This document shows, piece by piece, positions 1 through 10,454 of a DNA stretch of 58,512 bases. Position 1 is the stretch's first letter. Every line of letters begins with the position of its first letter. The notes beneath the pieces are model-generated. The model worked only from the letters and a program-made list of their open reading frames with translations. It had not been told where the DNA came from and did no database searches. This DNA is from Barthelona sp. PAP020 (lineage: Eukaryota), in assembly GCA_040182905.1 (NCBI GenBank), contig JARQWU010000007.1:1-58512 (forward strand), written 5' to 3'. The position numbers and the translations under genes are program-made.

Positions 1-948
1 AACAGTGTTTCATCGGAACAAGCTGATAATTATATAAAGGAACTTCAAAGTCAAGTGAGTCATTTGAAAGAACAATTAAATGAAGCAAATCAGAAGATTT
101 TGGAGTTAAAAGATGGTAAAAGGATGGAAAATCCCACAGAACAAAATATTTTGTCATTAGAAAGACCAAGTACTGCCATGAATAGTGTGAAGAATCAAAA
201 AAAATTTAGACCAATCAGCAGTGTTGGTTTCAATAAAACTTCTTCATATTCTTCAATATCATCATACAACAGACCTATGACTGCAATGGCCAAAAATTAT
301 GGCAATAATTACACCGATACTAATAATCATAATGGCAATGACGATGACATTATCAGAAAACAAGAATTGTATACTCAACAAATGAAATTGGAAAACACAA
401 AAGAAAAAAAAGAATTATTTCAAAAAATGAATAAACTTCAAGAAATTATAAATGAATTAAAACACAAGAATTATCAGCAAAAAGTTGAGTTTGAGACGCA
501 ATTAGAGTTATTAAGAAACAGTCAACAACAAAAAATCATTGATTTACAGACAAATTCAAAAATTTTATTGAAAAATAAATTAAATGAATTGAATTCTACC
601 TTTGGTACTACTCTTAAAACAAAAATTGATAGTTCAAGAGGGATTAATGTCAATCATTCAAATGAATTTGAAAATGAAAAAAAATTGGAAAATTTACAAA
701 GTATTTTACAAAAAGAAAGGATTCAATATGAAGAAAAAATTGAGAAATATAAAAGTTGGTTGAATTTTAGGGATTTACAATTGGCCAAATATAAAGAGGA
801 TGTGGAAACTTTTAAAATTACCTCAAATAATCAATTAAATGAATATGTATTTATTATTGAAAATTTATTAAAGGAATTGAAAGATAAAAGAATACGGATC
901 AAGGATAATCAAATTTTGAATTTGTTAAAGGAAAATGATTTTCTGTAA
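1..948 (+). CDS. 3' part of a coiled-coil protein (starts upstream of the window)
   Basis: Frame 1 is open from base 1 to TAA at 946-948. The sequence is E/K/Q/N-rich with heptad character. The ORF-track start at 55 is a GTG, not a true start. Confidence 0.7.
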   Translation, partial: NSVSSEQADNYIKELQSQVSHLKEQLNEANQKILELKDGKRMENPTEQNILSLERPSTAMNSVKNQKKFRPISSVGFNKTSSYSSISSYNRPMTAMAKNYGNNYTDTNNHNGNDDDIIRKQELYTQQMKLENTKEKKELFQKMNKLQEIINELKHKNYQQKVEFETQLELLRNSQQQKIIDLQTNSKILLKNKLNELNSTFGTTLKTKIDSSRGINVNHSNEFENEKKLENLQSILQKERIQYEEKIEKYKSWLNFRDLQLAKYKEDVETFKITSNNQLNEYVFIIENLLKELKDKRIRIKDNQILNLLKENDFL

Positions 949-1197
949 ATTTTGTTTAATTATTTATAAATACATGAAAATAAACATTTTTATCATTTTT
1001 TTATTGTATCTTATTGAGTTTTCTTTTTAAAAGTAATTTGGTTTTGAATTCAACAATTTCTTTTTCTATCTTTCAAAATATTAATTGATGAAAGAAAGTA
1101 AAATATTTAATACGAAAAATCAAATTGAAAATAAAAATGAAAAGGAAAAAAGAAACTTGTTCTTTTTCTGTTTAATCAATAATAATTGAAGTTGAAA

Positions 1198-2088
1198 ATG
1201 AATGATGATTATTCTTTTTTAAATGAATATGAAAAAGAAATCATTCGTGAAGAATGTAGAGAATATTATGACCAATGCAAAATTCAATTTACGAACGAAG
1301 GCCATTCAGGAGGGAGCTATAAATTTGATGACATTTTTAGGGAACATGTTAAAACCACGTTGGATGAAGATTGGCAATTGGTTTTTGATGCATTTTTTAA
1401 AATTGGTAGATCAACGAGACAAATTACAAATCGTCTCACTCCTGTGGTTCAAGGTGATTTAATCACTCGTCCTAGAACACCAAGATGTAAAACAAAGTCT
1501 ACAATTGAAATACGTAGTGAAGTTTTGAATATTAGAAATGATGATCTTGTTTATGATGAAAATAATTGGAATGAAGACAACAGTGACTTTTCAAATTTTA
1601 ATTTAGATAAACCTAAAAATGATCAAATTGACAGTTCTGAACCTGAGACTATTGAAATTACTGATGACATTATCACAAACACTTCTAATTTGAGTACAGC
1701 TACACCGTTTAATGAATCAGCAGATCTTCCAGAAGAGATTGAAAATCCAGAAATATTTGATGAAATAGTTATTCCAAGCAAAATTGATGACAGAACCCAA
1801 CTTGAAAAAGAAATCAAGGAATTTCCTGTTTTTGATGTTAAAACAGAAAATGTTGAACTTGTTGATGATTCAAAAGAAGTTAACAATGTCAAAAATGTCA
1901 TCAATTTCAAAAAATCAAAATTTTCTTCGGACACCATCAAGTCCATAGCTAATAATTTAAATTTTGAAGAAGAAAAAAAAGAAGAAAGGAATGAAGAAGT
2001 TTTGGTTAAATTTAAAGATGAACCAAAAATTAATTTAAAGAAAAATTTTGGAAGTAAATTTGATTTCTCTGCTGGATCTTATGAGTAA
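1198..2088 (+). CDS. Hypothetical protein (globular N-terminus, acidic disordered C-terminus)
   Basis: Long ORF with first ATG at 1198 and coding-like composition. No recognised domain. Confidence 0.7.
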   Translation: MNDDYSFLNEYEKEIIREECREYYDQCKIQFTNEGHSGGSYKFDDIFREHVKTTLDEDWQLVFDAFFKIGRSTRQITNRLTPVVQGDLITRPRTPRCKTKSTIEIRSEVLNIRNDDLVYDENNWNEDNSDFSNFNLDKPKNDQIDSSEPETIEITDDIITNTSNLSTATPFNESADLPEEIENPEIFDEIVIPSKIDDRTQLEKEIKEFPVFDVKTENVELVDDSKEVNNVKNVINFKKSKFSSDTIKSIANNLNFEEEKKEERNEEVLVKFKDEPKINLKKNFGSKFDFSAGSYE

Positions 2089-2283
2089 ATGACAATTATT
2101 TAACTTTTTTCTTTCTTTCTTCACAGGATAAAATCAAAATTTTAGCATTGTAAACATTTATTTGTTAATGAATAAATGAAAATTTGGGCGATTCTTGATT
2201 GATTGTCAAAAAATAACAAATCAAATTTAAAAAAAAAAATGTGTATGAAATGTTTATGAATCTTCTGAATCCAAAGTTTGTTG

Positions 2284-5200
2284 TTAAAAATCATTGTCTG
2301 GTATAATAATATCCTCATCATTGTTTACATTTTTAATGTCAGTTTCTTCAATACAAGAAACATCAATCATATTATTGGATTCATTTTTCTTTTGAATGAA
2401 AGATTTGGCAACTTTTTCACTTTCAACATCAACTTCAAAACATACAATTTCAGGATCAATTTCAATATTGTATTTTGTAATTAATTCAACAAATTTATCC
2501 TTATCATCCAGCAAAAATTCCCTTAAAACTAAAGATTTGAATAATTTTTCTTCTTCATCTTCTACTTCATCATCTTCTTCTTCTTCTTCAATTTCATGAC
2601 CATCTTCATCTGCAACATGATCATCAACATCTTCTTCTTTTTCTTGATAATGATCTTCATGATCTTCGTCTTGTTCTTGTTGCTTTAATGTTTCAACTTC
2701 ATGACTGTCATTTTCATTAACTTTTTCTTTTAATTTATCAGATTCATCTGTTTTCACCATAATATTATCAGTATTGTTTCCCTTCTCTTCTTCTTTTAAT
2801 TCATTTTCAAGATTATTATCTTGTATATCCTGAGCAAAAATGAATTCCAAGATTTCTTCACTGACTTTGTAATTTGAAAATCCTTCAATGATGTACTCTA
2901 AAAGATTCAATTCAAATCTTTCATTCAAACCTTTAAAAACAATAAAAAATAGAATATTAGAACTTTCCAAAATTTTTTTAATAAGATTTTGAATGTTTTG
3001 AATGTTTTGACATTCTTCGAAAAAAAGCTTAAAATTATTTTCAAATAAATCCCCAAAAATCTCAATACTGTCTAATTCTATACATTCAATCATTTGATTA
3101 ATAAAATCACTTGATTTAAAAACAACAGTGCCTTGATCAGCAAAATACATTCTTAACATTAAATCTGTTTCATCATCTAATTCTAATATTGTTTCATCAT
3201 TGTTTTCAATATTCTTAGCATTTTGAGCATATAATTCTAATAATATTTCATAACAATCATCGTCTATTAATCTATTAATCTCATTTTGTTTTAACTTACT
3301 TTTTTCAAATCCAACATGTTTATTTAACAATAATAATAAATCATAATAACCTTCCATTATGATAAAGCGTTTTAAATCATGAAGTAAAGGATTTTTTGAG
3401 TCAACAAAAATTAAAACTTTTTCAAAAAATTCTTTATCATTGTTGATAACAATAAATTCCAAAATATTATGTCCATCACTATTCTTATGGTTTAAATTAA
3501 TTCCCCAACTTAGTAATTTCTTAAATAAATTGAAATCGTTATTGATTATTGCATAATGAACACAACTTAAACCTTTACCATCCAGAATATCCAAAGGAAC
3601 TTTATTTAATCTTAAATTTAGTAAATCATCATGAAATTGCTCGCTAGCTAATCGAGTAACAAAAGATAATTCATTAGGTTTGGAAGCATATAAATTAAAA
3701 CCTTTATCAACAAGATATCGAATCATTTTTTCTTTATCTAATTTATTATTGATTTGATTAGCAACCATCAATAATTCTACTTGCATATTATTCTCTATTT
3801 CATTTTTATTCAATTCATTCAATAAAAATTCAATAATTTTGAAACTTTTTGAAAATATTCCAAAATACAATAAAGAATATTGATCCTTGATTTTATAAGT
3901 AATATCAATAATATTCGCTAAGAAAAATGCTTCAATTAAATCAACGTTATCTTCAAGAAATGCTTCTATTATTAACTTAATAATTAAAATCAATTGCTCT
4001 TTATCTTGTTTTAATTCTTTTTCATCATCAAACAAAATTTTCTTGAATTCTTCTTTCAAAATTTCACTTCTGTTCAACAAATATTTAACAATTTCATAAT
4101 TTTTCCATTCATATGCTCTTTTTAACATATCTTGATAATTCATTTCAATTTCATTTTCAAAACTTTCAAAAATTTTGACAAAACTCTTGTTATTTTGTTT
4201 AATTATTAATATATCAAATAAATCATATCCATTTGAAGTTTTAAAATCAAAGATCTCTTGTAAAACATAAAAATACTGACTCATCAACAAACTAAAAATT
4301 TCTACAACATTTTCATCATCCTCTAACATGCTTATAGTATGTAAAAATGTATACCCTTGTTTATTAATCACTTTTATAGCAGATATTCCATCCATTTCTG
4401 TTTGATCCATGATAAAATCCAAAAGAATTGTGAACATCTCTGTTGTTTTACACAGATGTAGAATACTATTTCCGTAAATATCAATGCTGTTAATCAAAGG
4501 ATTTAATTCAAGCAAAAATTCAACACATTCTAATGAATTGAAATGTACAGCCCAAAATAATGGAGTTCTATGCTTATTATCTTTTGAATCTATTTCGGCA
4601 CCAAAATCTAATAACAATTGAACTGATTCAATACGATTGGTTTGACATGCATAATGTAATGCAGTTGAACCATCAGTCAAATGAGTAATTGGTGAAACAT
4701 TCAAACTTAGCATGTATTCTAAAGGTGATGAAGAAGGTAAAGTACTTAATAAACATATTAAACTGGGTCCAACTCTTTGTATTGTTGTTTCACTTTTATC
4801 CAACAATAATGGTACAGCCATAGCCAACAAAGCAGCTCTTAATTCTGGTTTAACACTTGATTCAGGTGTAAATTGTAAAAGATACACAGGTGCTAGAGTC
4901 GAACCAGACAATATTGCTGACATTAATGGTGAATTTCCTTGTTTATCTTCAATTAAAACATTTGCATCATTGCTTAATAGAATTGGCAAAAGTTTATGAT
5001 TTCCATTTGAAGCAACCAAATGTAAAGGTGTTTTTCCTTCTAAATTTTGAATGTTGATAATTTCTTTAACAATTGGAAAATTTAAAAACTTTTGGAATGT
5101 TTCAACTTCCAAATTAGAACTCAAATCAATTAAGTGAAGTATAGTATTACCAAAATTATCTTGAATCCTTGGATCAGCATTTAATTGCAATAATAATTCA

Positions 5201-6741
5201 AAAACATCAATTGATCCATTGATAACACTTATCATTAAAGGAGTTCTGCCATCAATATCAACCATATCAATCAAATGAGTGATTGGCCATGAAGCATTTA
5301 ATCTGATAATTCCTTCAGCATTATTAGACATTGCTGCGAAATGTAATAGATTCTGTTGATTTGCAGAACACGTTTCCACAGATATTCCATTTTCCAAATA
5401 GAATAAAACCAATTCATTCTTTCTTTTATATATAGCATCCATTAATGGTGTTATACCAAAATTATTGGAATTATGAGCCAAAGATACATATTTTTCAAGA
5501 TTAAATTTTTCCATATTTGTGCCAAAATTTGAAAAATAATGTAAAATATTATTATTATCAGTGTCAACAGCATAAAAATCACAACCAAATTGTTTAAAAC
5601 ATTCAATTATCTCTGAATTTCCTTCACTAAATGCAATCATTAATGGGGTTCTTCCTTTGTGATCTTTTTGGTCGATTAATTTACCAATCTGTTCTTCACT
5701 TAAATTCAACAGATCAATTAATTCAACTTTGTCCGAACTAGCGAGAACATGAAAACAATTTCTTTCTTTTAATGAAAATAATGAAGGATCAGCACCATAA
5801 TCAATTAATAATTTAACAATTTGTGTGGAAATATCAATTGAGCAATCCCTTTCCAAAATACTTAACAAAGGTAAATAATTCTTTGGCTCATTTGGGTCAC
5901 AACCATATTGTAACAATAATTCAACAATAGAAGGTGAAGCATAACTACAAGATAATAAAAAAGGTGAATATTGTTCAAAAATAAAAGAATTAGGTTGAAC
6001 ACCAAATTCCAAGAAAAATTTAACAATACAAAACTTATCTAAATATATTGCTAATGCTAAAGGAGTTAATGATCGTCTATTTGGCATTGAAAGACAATTG
6101 GTTGCCCGATATCCAATAGCATTGAAAAAGGTAATTATACAATCTAAATTGGATTCAGTTATCAATGTGTGAAGAATTGAATTCCCATCATGCTGTAACT
6201 TTGTAAAATCATAACGATTGACAAAGTATTTAATGGTATTTGAATCACAAAACAAACAAATATTTTGAATGTTATTGTGATTATTTTTATCTAATATATC
6301 TTTGTATGAATAATGTTCACAAAATTTTATTGCTTCAAAATTTTGAATTTTAATTGCAATATCCAAAGGTCTTCTTGATTTCTTAAAAAATTTATTGGGA
6401 TTTAATCGAAAAATTTTATGAATTTGAGTTTCTGTTTCAGGATGAATAAATATTATCAAATTTTTTGTTAAAAAACAACATAATCCATTCAATTGTTTTA
6501 AATTTTGTTTAATAGAATTAAAATAAAAATGTTCAGAATATATATTTAATGAATCTTCTCTAGATATTAAATCAATTACATTCGATAAGGATTTTTTGGA
6601 TATAATATGTTGATTTGTCCTAATATTCTTTTCTAAAATAAGATATGAGGTAATATCACTAGGTATGACAATTTTAGTTTCAAAATTAGTTGTCATTACA
6701 CCTTCGATATCAATTTCAACACCAAAAAAAAATGATTCCAT
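2284..6741 (-). CDS. Large ankyrin-repeat protein with acidic tail
   Basis: Many ankyrin motifs (GRTPLMIA, GITPLMDA, GKTPLHLVA, GSTALHYAC, HRTPLFWAV) and a D/E-rich tract near the C-terminus. 1485 aa. Confidence 0.9.
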   Translation of the reverse strand: MESFFFGVEIDIEGVMTTNFETKIVIPSDITSYLILEKNIRTNQHIISKKSLSNVIDLISREDSLNIYSEHFYFNSIKQNLKQLNGLCCFLTKNLIIFIHPETETQIHKIFRLNPNKFFKKSRRPLDIAIKIQNFEAIKFCEHYSYKDILDKNNHNNIQNICLFCDSNTIKYFVNRYDFTKLQHDGNSILHTLITESNLDCIITFFNAIGYRATNCLSMPNRRSLTPLALAIYLDKFCIVKFFLEFGVQPNSFIFEQYSPFLLSCSYASPSIVELLLQYGCDPNEPKNYLPLLSILERDCSIDISTQIVKLLIDYGADPSLFSLKERNCFHVLASSDKVELIDLLNLSEEQIGKLIDQKDHKGRTPLMIAFSEGNSEIIECFKQFGCDFYAVDTDNNNILHYFSNFGTNMEKFNLEKYVSLAHNSNNFGITPLMDAIYKRKNELVLFYLENGISVETCSANQQNLLHFAAMSNNAEGIIRLNASWPITHLIDMVDIDGRTPLMISVINGSIDVFELLLQLNADPRIQDNFGNTILHLIDLSSNLEVETFQKFLNFPIVKEIINIQNLEGKTPLHLVASNGNHKLLPILLSNDANVLIEDKQGNSPLMSAILSGSTLAPVYLLQFTPESSVKPELRAALLAMAVPLLLDKSETTIQRVGPSLICLLSTLPSSSPLEYMLSLNVSPITHLTDGSTALHYACQTNRIESVQLLLDFGAEIDSKDNKHRTPLFWAVHFNSLECVEFLLELNPLINSIDIYGNSILHLCKTTEMFTILLDFIMDQTEMDGISAIKVINKQGYTFLHTISMLEDDENVVEIFSLLMSQYFYVLQEIFDFKTSNGYDLFDILIIKQNNKSFVKIFESFENEIEMNYQDMLKRAYEWKNYEIVKYLLNRSEILKEEFKKILFDDEKELKQDKEQLILIIKLIIEAFLEDNVDLIEAFFLANIIDITYKIKDQYSLLYFGIFSKSFKIIEFLLNELNKNEIENNMQVELLMVANQINNKLDKEKMIRYLVDKGFNLYASKPNELSFVTRLASEQFHDDLLNLRLNKVPLDILDGKGLSCVHYAIINNDFNLFKKLLSWGINLNHKNSDGHNILEFIVINNDKEFFEKVLIFVDSKNPLLHDLKRFIIMEGYYDLLLLLNKHVGFEKSKLKQNEINRLIDDDCYEILLELYAQNAKNIENNDETILELDDETDLMLRMYFADQGTVVFKSSDFINQMIECIELDSIEIFGDLFENNFKLFFEECQNIQNIQNLIKKILESSNILFFIVFKGLNERFELNLLEYIIEGFSNYKVSEEILEFIFAQDIQDNNLENELKEEEKGNNTDNIMVKTDESDKLKEKVNENDSHEVETLKQQEQDEDHEDHYQEKEEDVDDHVADEDGHEIEEEEEDDEVEDEEEKLFKSLVLREFLLDDKDKFVELITKYNIEIDPEIVCFEVDVESEKVAKSFIQKKNESNNMIDVSCIEETDIKNVNNDEDIIIPDNDF

Positions 6742-6765
6742 TTTTTCTTTTTTTTTTCTTTTTTG

Positions 6766-7185
6766 ATGTTTAATTCTCCTTTAATTGGAATTAAATTTCT
6801 TTCCATATTAACTCAATTATTATCTCATATTTTTATTTTATACACGAATAATTATAATGTTTTGAAATTATTAGGAAATAGTTATTCGAGTACTCTTTAT
6901 AATCAATATTTGAACTCATTAAAGTTATGGGTCATAATTGGTATAATATTAACTAGTATTCAAATGATAATTTTTTTAATTGGATACTCTTTTGAAAGAA
7001 TTTTATTAAACCTGAGTATCATTTCTTTTCATTGTATTGGTATATTTTGTACTTTATCATTTGTTTTTGAACAAAAACCAAGTACGTATTATGGTGAAAC
7101 AATTTTTCGATTGGTGATTGTTTGTTTCTTGTTGGAAGTTTTTGGTTTGGTAGCAAGTATTATGAAAATGCCGAAAAGAGAATAA
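6766..7185 (+). CDS. TMEM107: TMEM107-like ciliary transition-zone membrane protein
   Basis: About 139 aa with 4 TM segments. The pattern KFLSILTQL...YN..Y...FLIGYS...SFHCIG...LSFVFE...TYY parallels TMEM107 (RFLTLLAHL...FLSGVS...AHCSA...LSFFIFE...TYW). Confidence 0.7.
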   Translation: MFNSPLIGIKFLSILTQLLSHIFILYTNNYNVLKLLGNSYSSTLYNQYLNSLKLWVIIGIILTSIQMIIFLIGYSFERILLNLSIISFHCIGIFCTLSFVFEQKPSTYYGETIFRLVIVCFLLEVFGLVASIMKMPKRE

Positions 7186-7469
7186 ATGGTCATGAAATTT
7201 TGATTGCCTTTTTCCAAATCATTTGATTTTTCCATGTGTTGTGCTTGTTCGATTAGTCTTTTTCAACTGTCTTTCTTTTTGTTGGATTTCTGTAAATTAT
7301 ATCTTTTGTTTTATTTCAAATTTCAAAAAAATTTCAAAAAAATTTTATACTTCTTTCTTGAAAACTTTTTTGAAGGTCAAAGGAAGTTCACACATTATTA
7401 TCCAAAAAGAATTAACAACAACTAAAAAAAAAGAAATAATTTATAAATTTACTGAGTTTTATCGAAATT

Positions 7470-8600
7470 TTATATTGTGAAATCAATATCCCAATAGAAT
7501 TTTCCTTTTTTAATAATCTTATTTCCATCAATAGGAAAAGCAGAACCAAATAACATTTCAAAATTACCAATTTGTACAACAACACCACCACCAACTGATT
7601 TTTTAAATTTTATCAAAGAATTATCCAATAAAAACAAACCGTCTAAAGAGATCAATTGAGATAATGATACGCTTTTCAAAAAGTTGAATTTTTTTAAATT
7701 TTTTTGCTCAGGAATTTTAATTTTTGGGCCTGATACATGAAATCTGGCAAAATATTTATGTTTAAAAGACTGAATTATTTGATTATTTTTTAAAATAATT
7801 TCTCCAAAACCAATTGGAAAATCATCATTGAAAATTTGAAATTTTTGTAAATCATTGATATTATTTCCAAAGGATGAATTTGCTGAATAATTGATTTTTG
7901 CTGAAAAAAGATCTTTAAAAAGAGATTTTCTTAATGAACCATTCATTTCACACTTAACATACGGCTTAAAAATATTATTTAAATTACTTTCAATGGTGAA
8001 GTTCATTGCATGATTCTTTGCAAAATATTTCGAAAAATTCAGGGAAACAACGTTAGATTCCTCTCTATCCATTTGAAAATCATCAGAAGTATGTTGTTTT
8101 AACAATTTTAATGAAGTTTTAAAATTATTTGCAACTAAATAATCAACAAAAACCGACTTTCCAGATATATTATTTTCAATCAATTCATTTGTTTCATTTT
8201 CATTCAAATAAATGGAGCGATGATGATATTTAACACCAAAATTGACTTGATTATCCTTTTTATTCAAAAAATGTTTTTGAAATTCCAATGATATTGAAGG
8301 ATAATTGTCATAAATACCATTAACCGATAGATTAGTAAATTTTGAAGGTCGAAATTGAAGATTTAGAGAATGACTATTATCAACACCATTTCTCATTGAT
8401 AAAGACAAACGATTTTTTAAACCTTCAACAATATTTAATTGAGAATTGCTATTTATTACACATTTTTTAATAAAAGGCAAAGAATTCAATTCTTTTGTCA
8501 GTTCATCAAAATTGACAACATTATTGAATGTGTTGTTCTCAATAGTTCGTTGAATAAAGCATTTTGGAATATCTTTTAATCCAAAAACATTTAACGGCAT
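7470..8600 (-). CDS. Putative divergent Sam50/Omp85-family outer-membrane beta-barrel
   Basis: N-terminal POTRA-like segment (LNVFGLKDIPKCFI...L.SLPFIKK), amphipathic beta-strand pattern, and C-terminus KKSVGGGVVVQIGNFEMLFGSAFPI...KFYWDIDFTI resembling the Sam50 tail (S-x-G-x-G-hydrophobic strand, ...P..., terminal aromatic strand). Confidence 0.55.
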   Translation of the reverse strand: MPLNVFGLKDIPKCFIQRTIENNTFNNVVNFDELTKELNSLPFIKKCVINSNSQLNIVEGLKNRLSLSMRNGVDNSHSLNLQFRPSKFTNLSVNGIYDNYPSISLEFQKHFLNKKDNQVNFGVKYHHRSIYLNENETNELIENNISGKSVFVDYLVANNFKTSLKLLKQHTSDDFQMDREESNVVSLNFSKYFAKNHAMNFTIESNLNNIFKPYVKCEMNGSLRKSLFKDLFSAKINYSANSSFGNNINDLQKFQIFNDDFPIGFGEIILKNNQIIQSFKHKYFARFHVSGPKIKIPEQKNLKKFNFLKSVSLSQLISLDGLFLLDNSLIKFKKSVGGGVVVQIGNFEMLFGSAFPIDGNKIIKKGKFYWDIDFTI

Positions 8601-8952
8601 ATTTTAACAAATGAAAGGAGAATAAAAAAAGATTATACTTTCATTTTTCAAAGAACTCTTCATTTAGCCCAGTTTTAATGTAAAATAACATAAAAGAACT
8701 GAATAATCGTAAAAATAAACCAAAAGAAAGAAAATTTGTGGATTGAAAAATTTATGTCATTTGTTTGACAAAGGGATCATTGAAGGTCAAAAAAAAAAGG
8801 TATAATTCGGTGTGTTTGAGTCATGTACATCTTTACAAGATAGAATATTTTTGAAATACAGGTTTTAGACAACTTTTTCCCATTTTCAATCAAAAGTCAG
8901 AATTTTAAGCATCTCTAAAGAATCTATTGTCAAAATTGTAAATAAATAATGT

Positions 8953-10251
8953 TTATTCTTGATATATAGTAACAAAAACAAGATTTTCCTTCCTTAAAGT
9001 TGGTAAATTTTTGACAAATTTTGTTGAAGTAATAATGCAAGAGAAGAATTCACCATTCAGAGGAAATACTATATGATTTGTATAAGTATCCAAATCTTCA
9101 GTATGTAATTCATCCAAAACATTAATTGTATTCAAAAGATCTTCAAATAAAGCTCTATTTTTTATTTTATCATGGGAAAAAATTCTATCATGATTAAAAA
9201 TTTTTGAACTTTTTGAACTTTTTGAATTTTTTGAATTATAGGTAGTTTGAATTTCTTTAATTATAAAATTTTTCAAATTTTTTGCTTTTAGAGAAGTTGA
9301 ATTTTTCCATAATATTTCCAACCTGTTATCCAAAATAAACATCAAAGGAAATTCTTCCACTTTATTCTTTTCTTTGCTTTCATTGACAATTGTCGAACGT
9401 AATGAAGCTAATTTTGCAATTAAATTTTCAGGATAATCAATCAAAGCACTCTTAAAAACTCTGAAACACATAAAACTTATTGCACCAAATCTCAAACCAG
9501 TGGTAAAACAAAATAAAGAAGAAAACGGAACTAAATTTCCAAATGCAGCTAAAACATCAATAATCGGATAAACAACTATCAATATATCAAAAGATTGATC
9601 AAAGAATAATTTCTTTCTTAAATAAAAAACTCCCACAATAAGAATTAAAATGGCGATAATTATCAAAGCAATTCTTATGTTTTGTATTAAAGGCATCACG
9701 GAAAACAAAAAGACTAAACAAAAAAAATTAAAAAGAAAAGAGTGAAATGAATATGTTATTGGAGAATTCAATGTCGAAAACTCATAAAATATGGCAGTGA
9801 CTAATATAAAAAATACAGCAGCACTATCTACCAATAATAATAAATAATAAATTTGCTCATTAGAATAATCAAATAGTTTCATCAATGGAAAATTTAAAGC
9901 AAATGATAAATATAGCTCAGGTAAAATTAACAAAAATGCAACAGGTGCAATAGCATATCCAAATATGGTATAGTGTGGATAACCATTGTGATATTTATTC
10001 CCGACAACAACTACTGCAATGCAACAACTGATTATACAAACACTTTTTATGACAAGAAAAAATATTAATAGAAAAATGGGTGAAACTTGCAACAAAACTA
10101 AAACAATAGAAACAAATGTCACAATAAATGTAAATTTTGTAATATTAGTTAAAGAATGCTCCTTTTTTTTTGACTTCGCCAATATTTCAACAGTCTTTAA
10201 AGCATCTCCAATTTTTTGTCGTTTCAATTCTTCATTTGTTATATCATTCAT
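8953..10251 (-). CDS. Multi-pass membrane sensor-like protein (MASE3-like TM domain plus C-terminal PAS-like domain)
   Basis: About 8 hydrophobic helices followed by FKSALIDYPENLIAKL, a short coiled linker and PAS-like FPLMFILDNRLEILWKNSTS. Likely ATG at 10251, with an alternative at 10329. The CDS is solid; the domain call is inference. Confidence 0.55.
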   Translation of the reverse strand: MNDITNEELKRQKIGDALKTVEILAKSKKKEHSLTNITKFTFIVTFVSIVLVLLQVSPIFLLIFFLVIKSVCIISCCIAVVVVGNKYHNGYPHYTIFGYAIAPVAFLLILPELYLSFALNFPLMKLFDYSNEQIYYLLLLVDSAAVFFILVTAIFYEFSTLNSPITYSFHSFLFNFFCLVFLFSVMPLIQNIRIALIIIAILILIVGVFYLRKKLFFDQSFDILIVVYPIIDVLAAFGNLVPFSSLFCFTTGLRFGAISFMCFRVFKSALIDYPENLIAKLASLRSTIVNESKEKNKVEEFPLMFILDNRLEILWKNSTSLKAKNLKNFIIKEIQTTYNSKNSKSSKSSKIFNHDRIFSHDKIKNRALFEDLLNTINVLDELHTEDLDTYTNHIVFPLNGEFFSCIITSTKFVKNLPTLRKENLVFVTIYQE

Positions 10252-10454
10252 TAAATTATTCAATTGTAAAAACAAAAAAAATTGAATGAAAGGAAAAGAT
10301 ATTAATCTTTTGTCATAAAAATTTACCATAGCTGCAAAAGGAATAAAAAACTTGATTAAAATGAAACAAAACAAAGATGAACAAAAAGATTTAAAAAAAT
10401 GTGAGGTTCTTTTTTTCTTTTCAAAACACAATCAATCAAATGATTTACTGACTA

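Noticed and set aside
946..950. Stop-embedded TAAA polyadenylation signal (Trichomonas-like)
   Set aside because: Only about half of the TAA stops are followed by A, which cannot be distinguished from background in such AT-rich DNA without 3'-end data.
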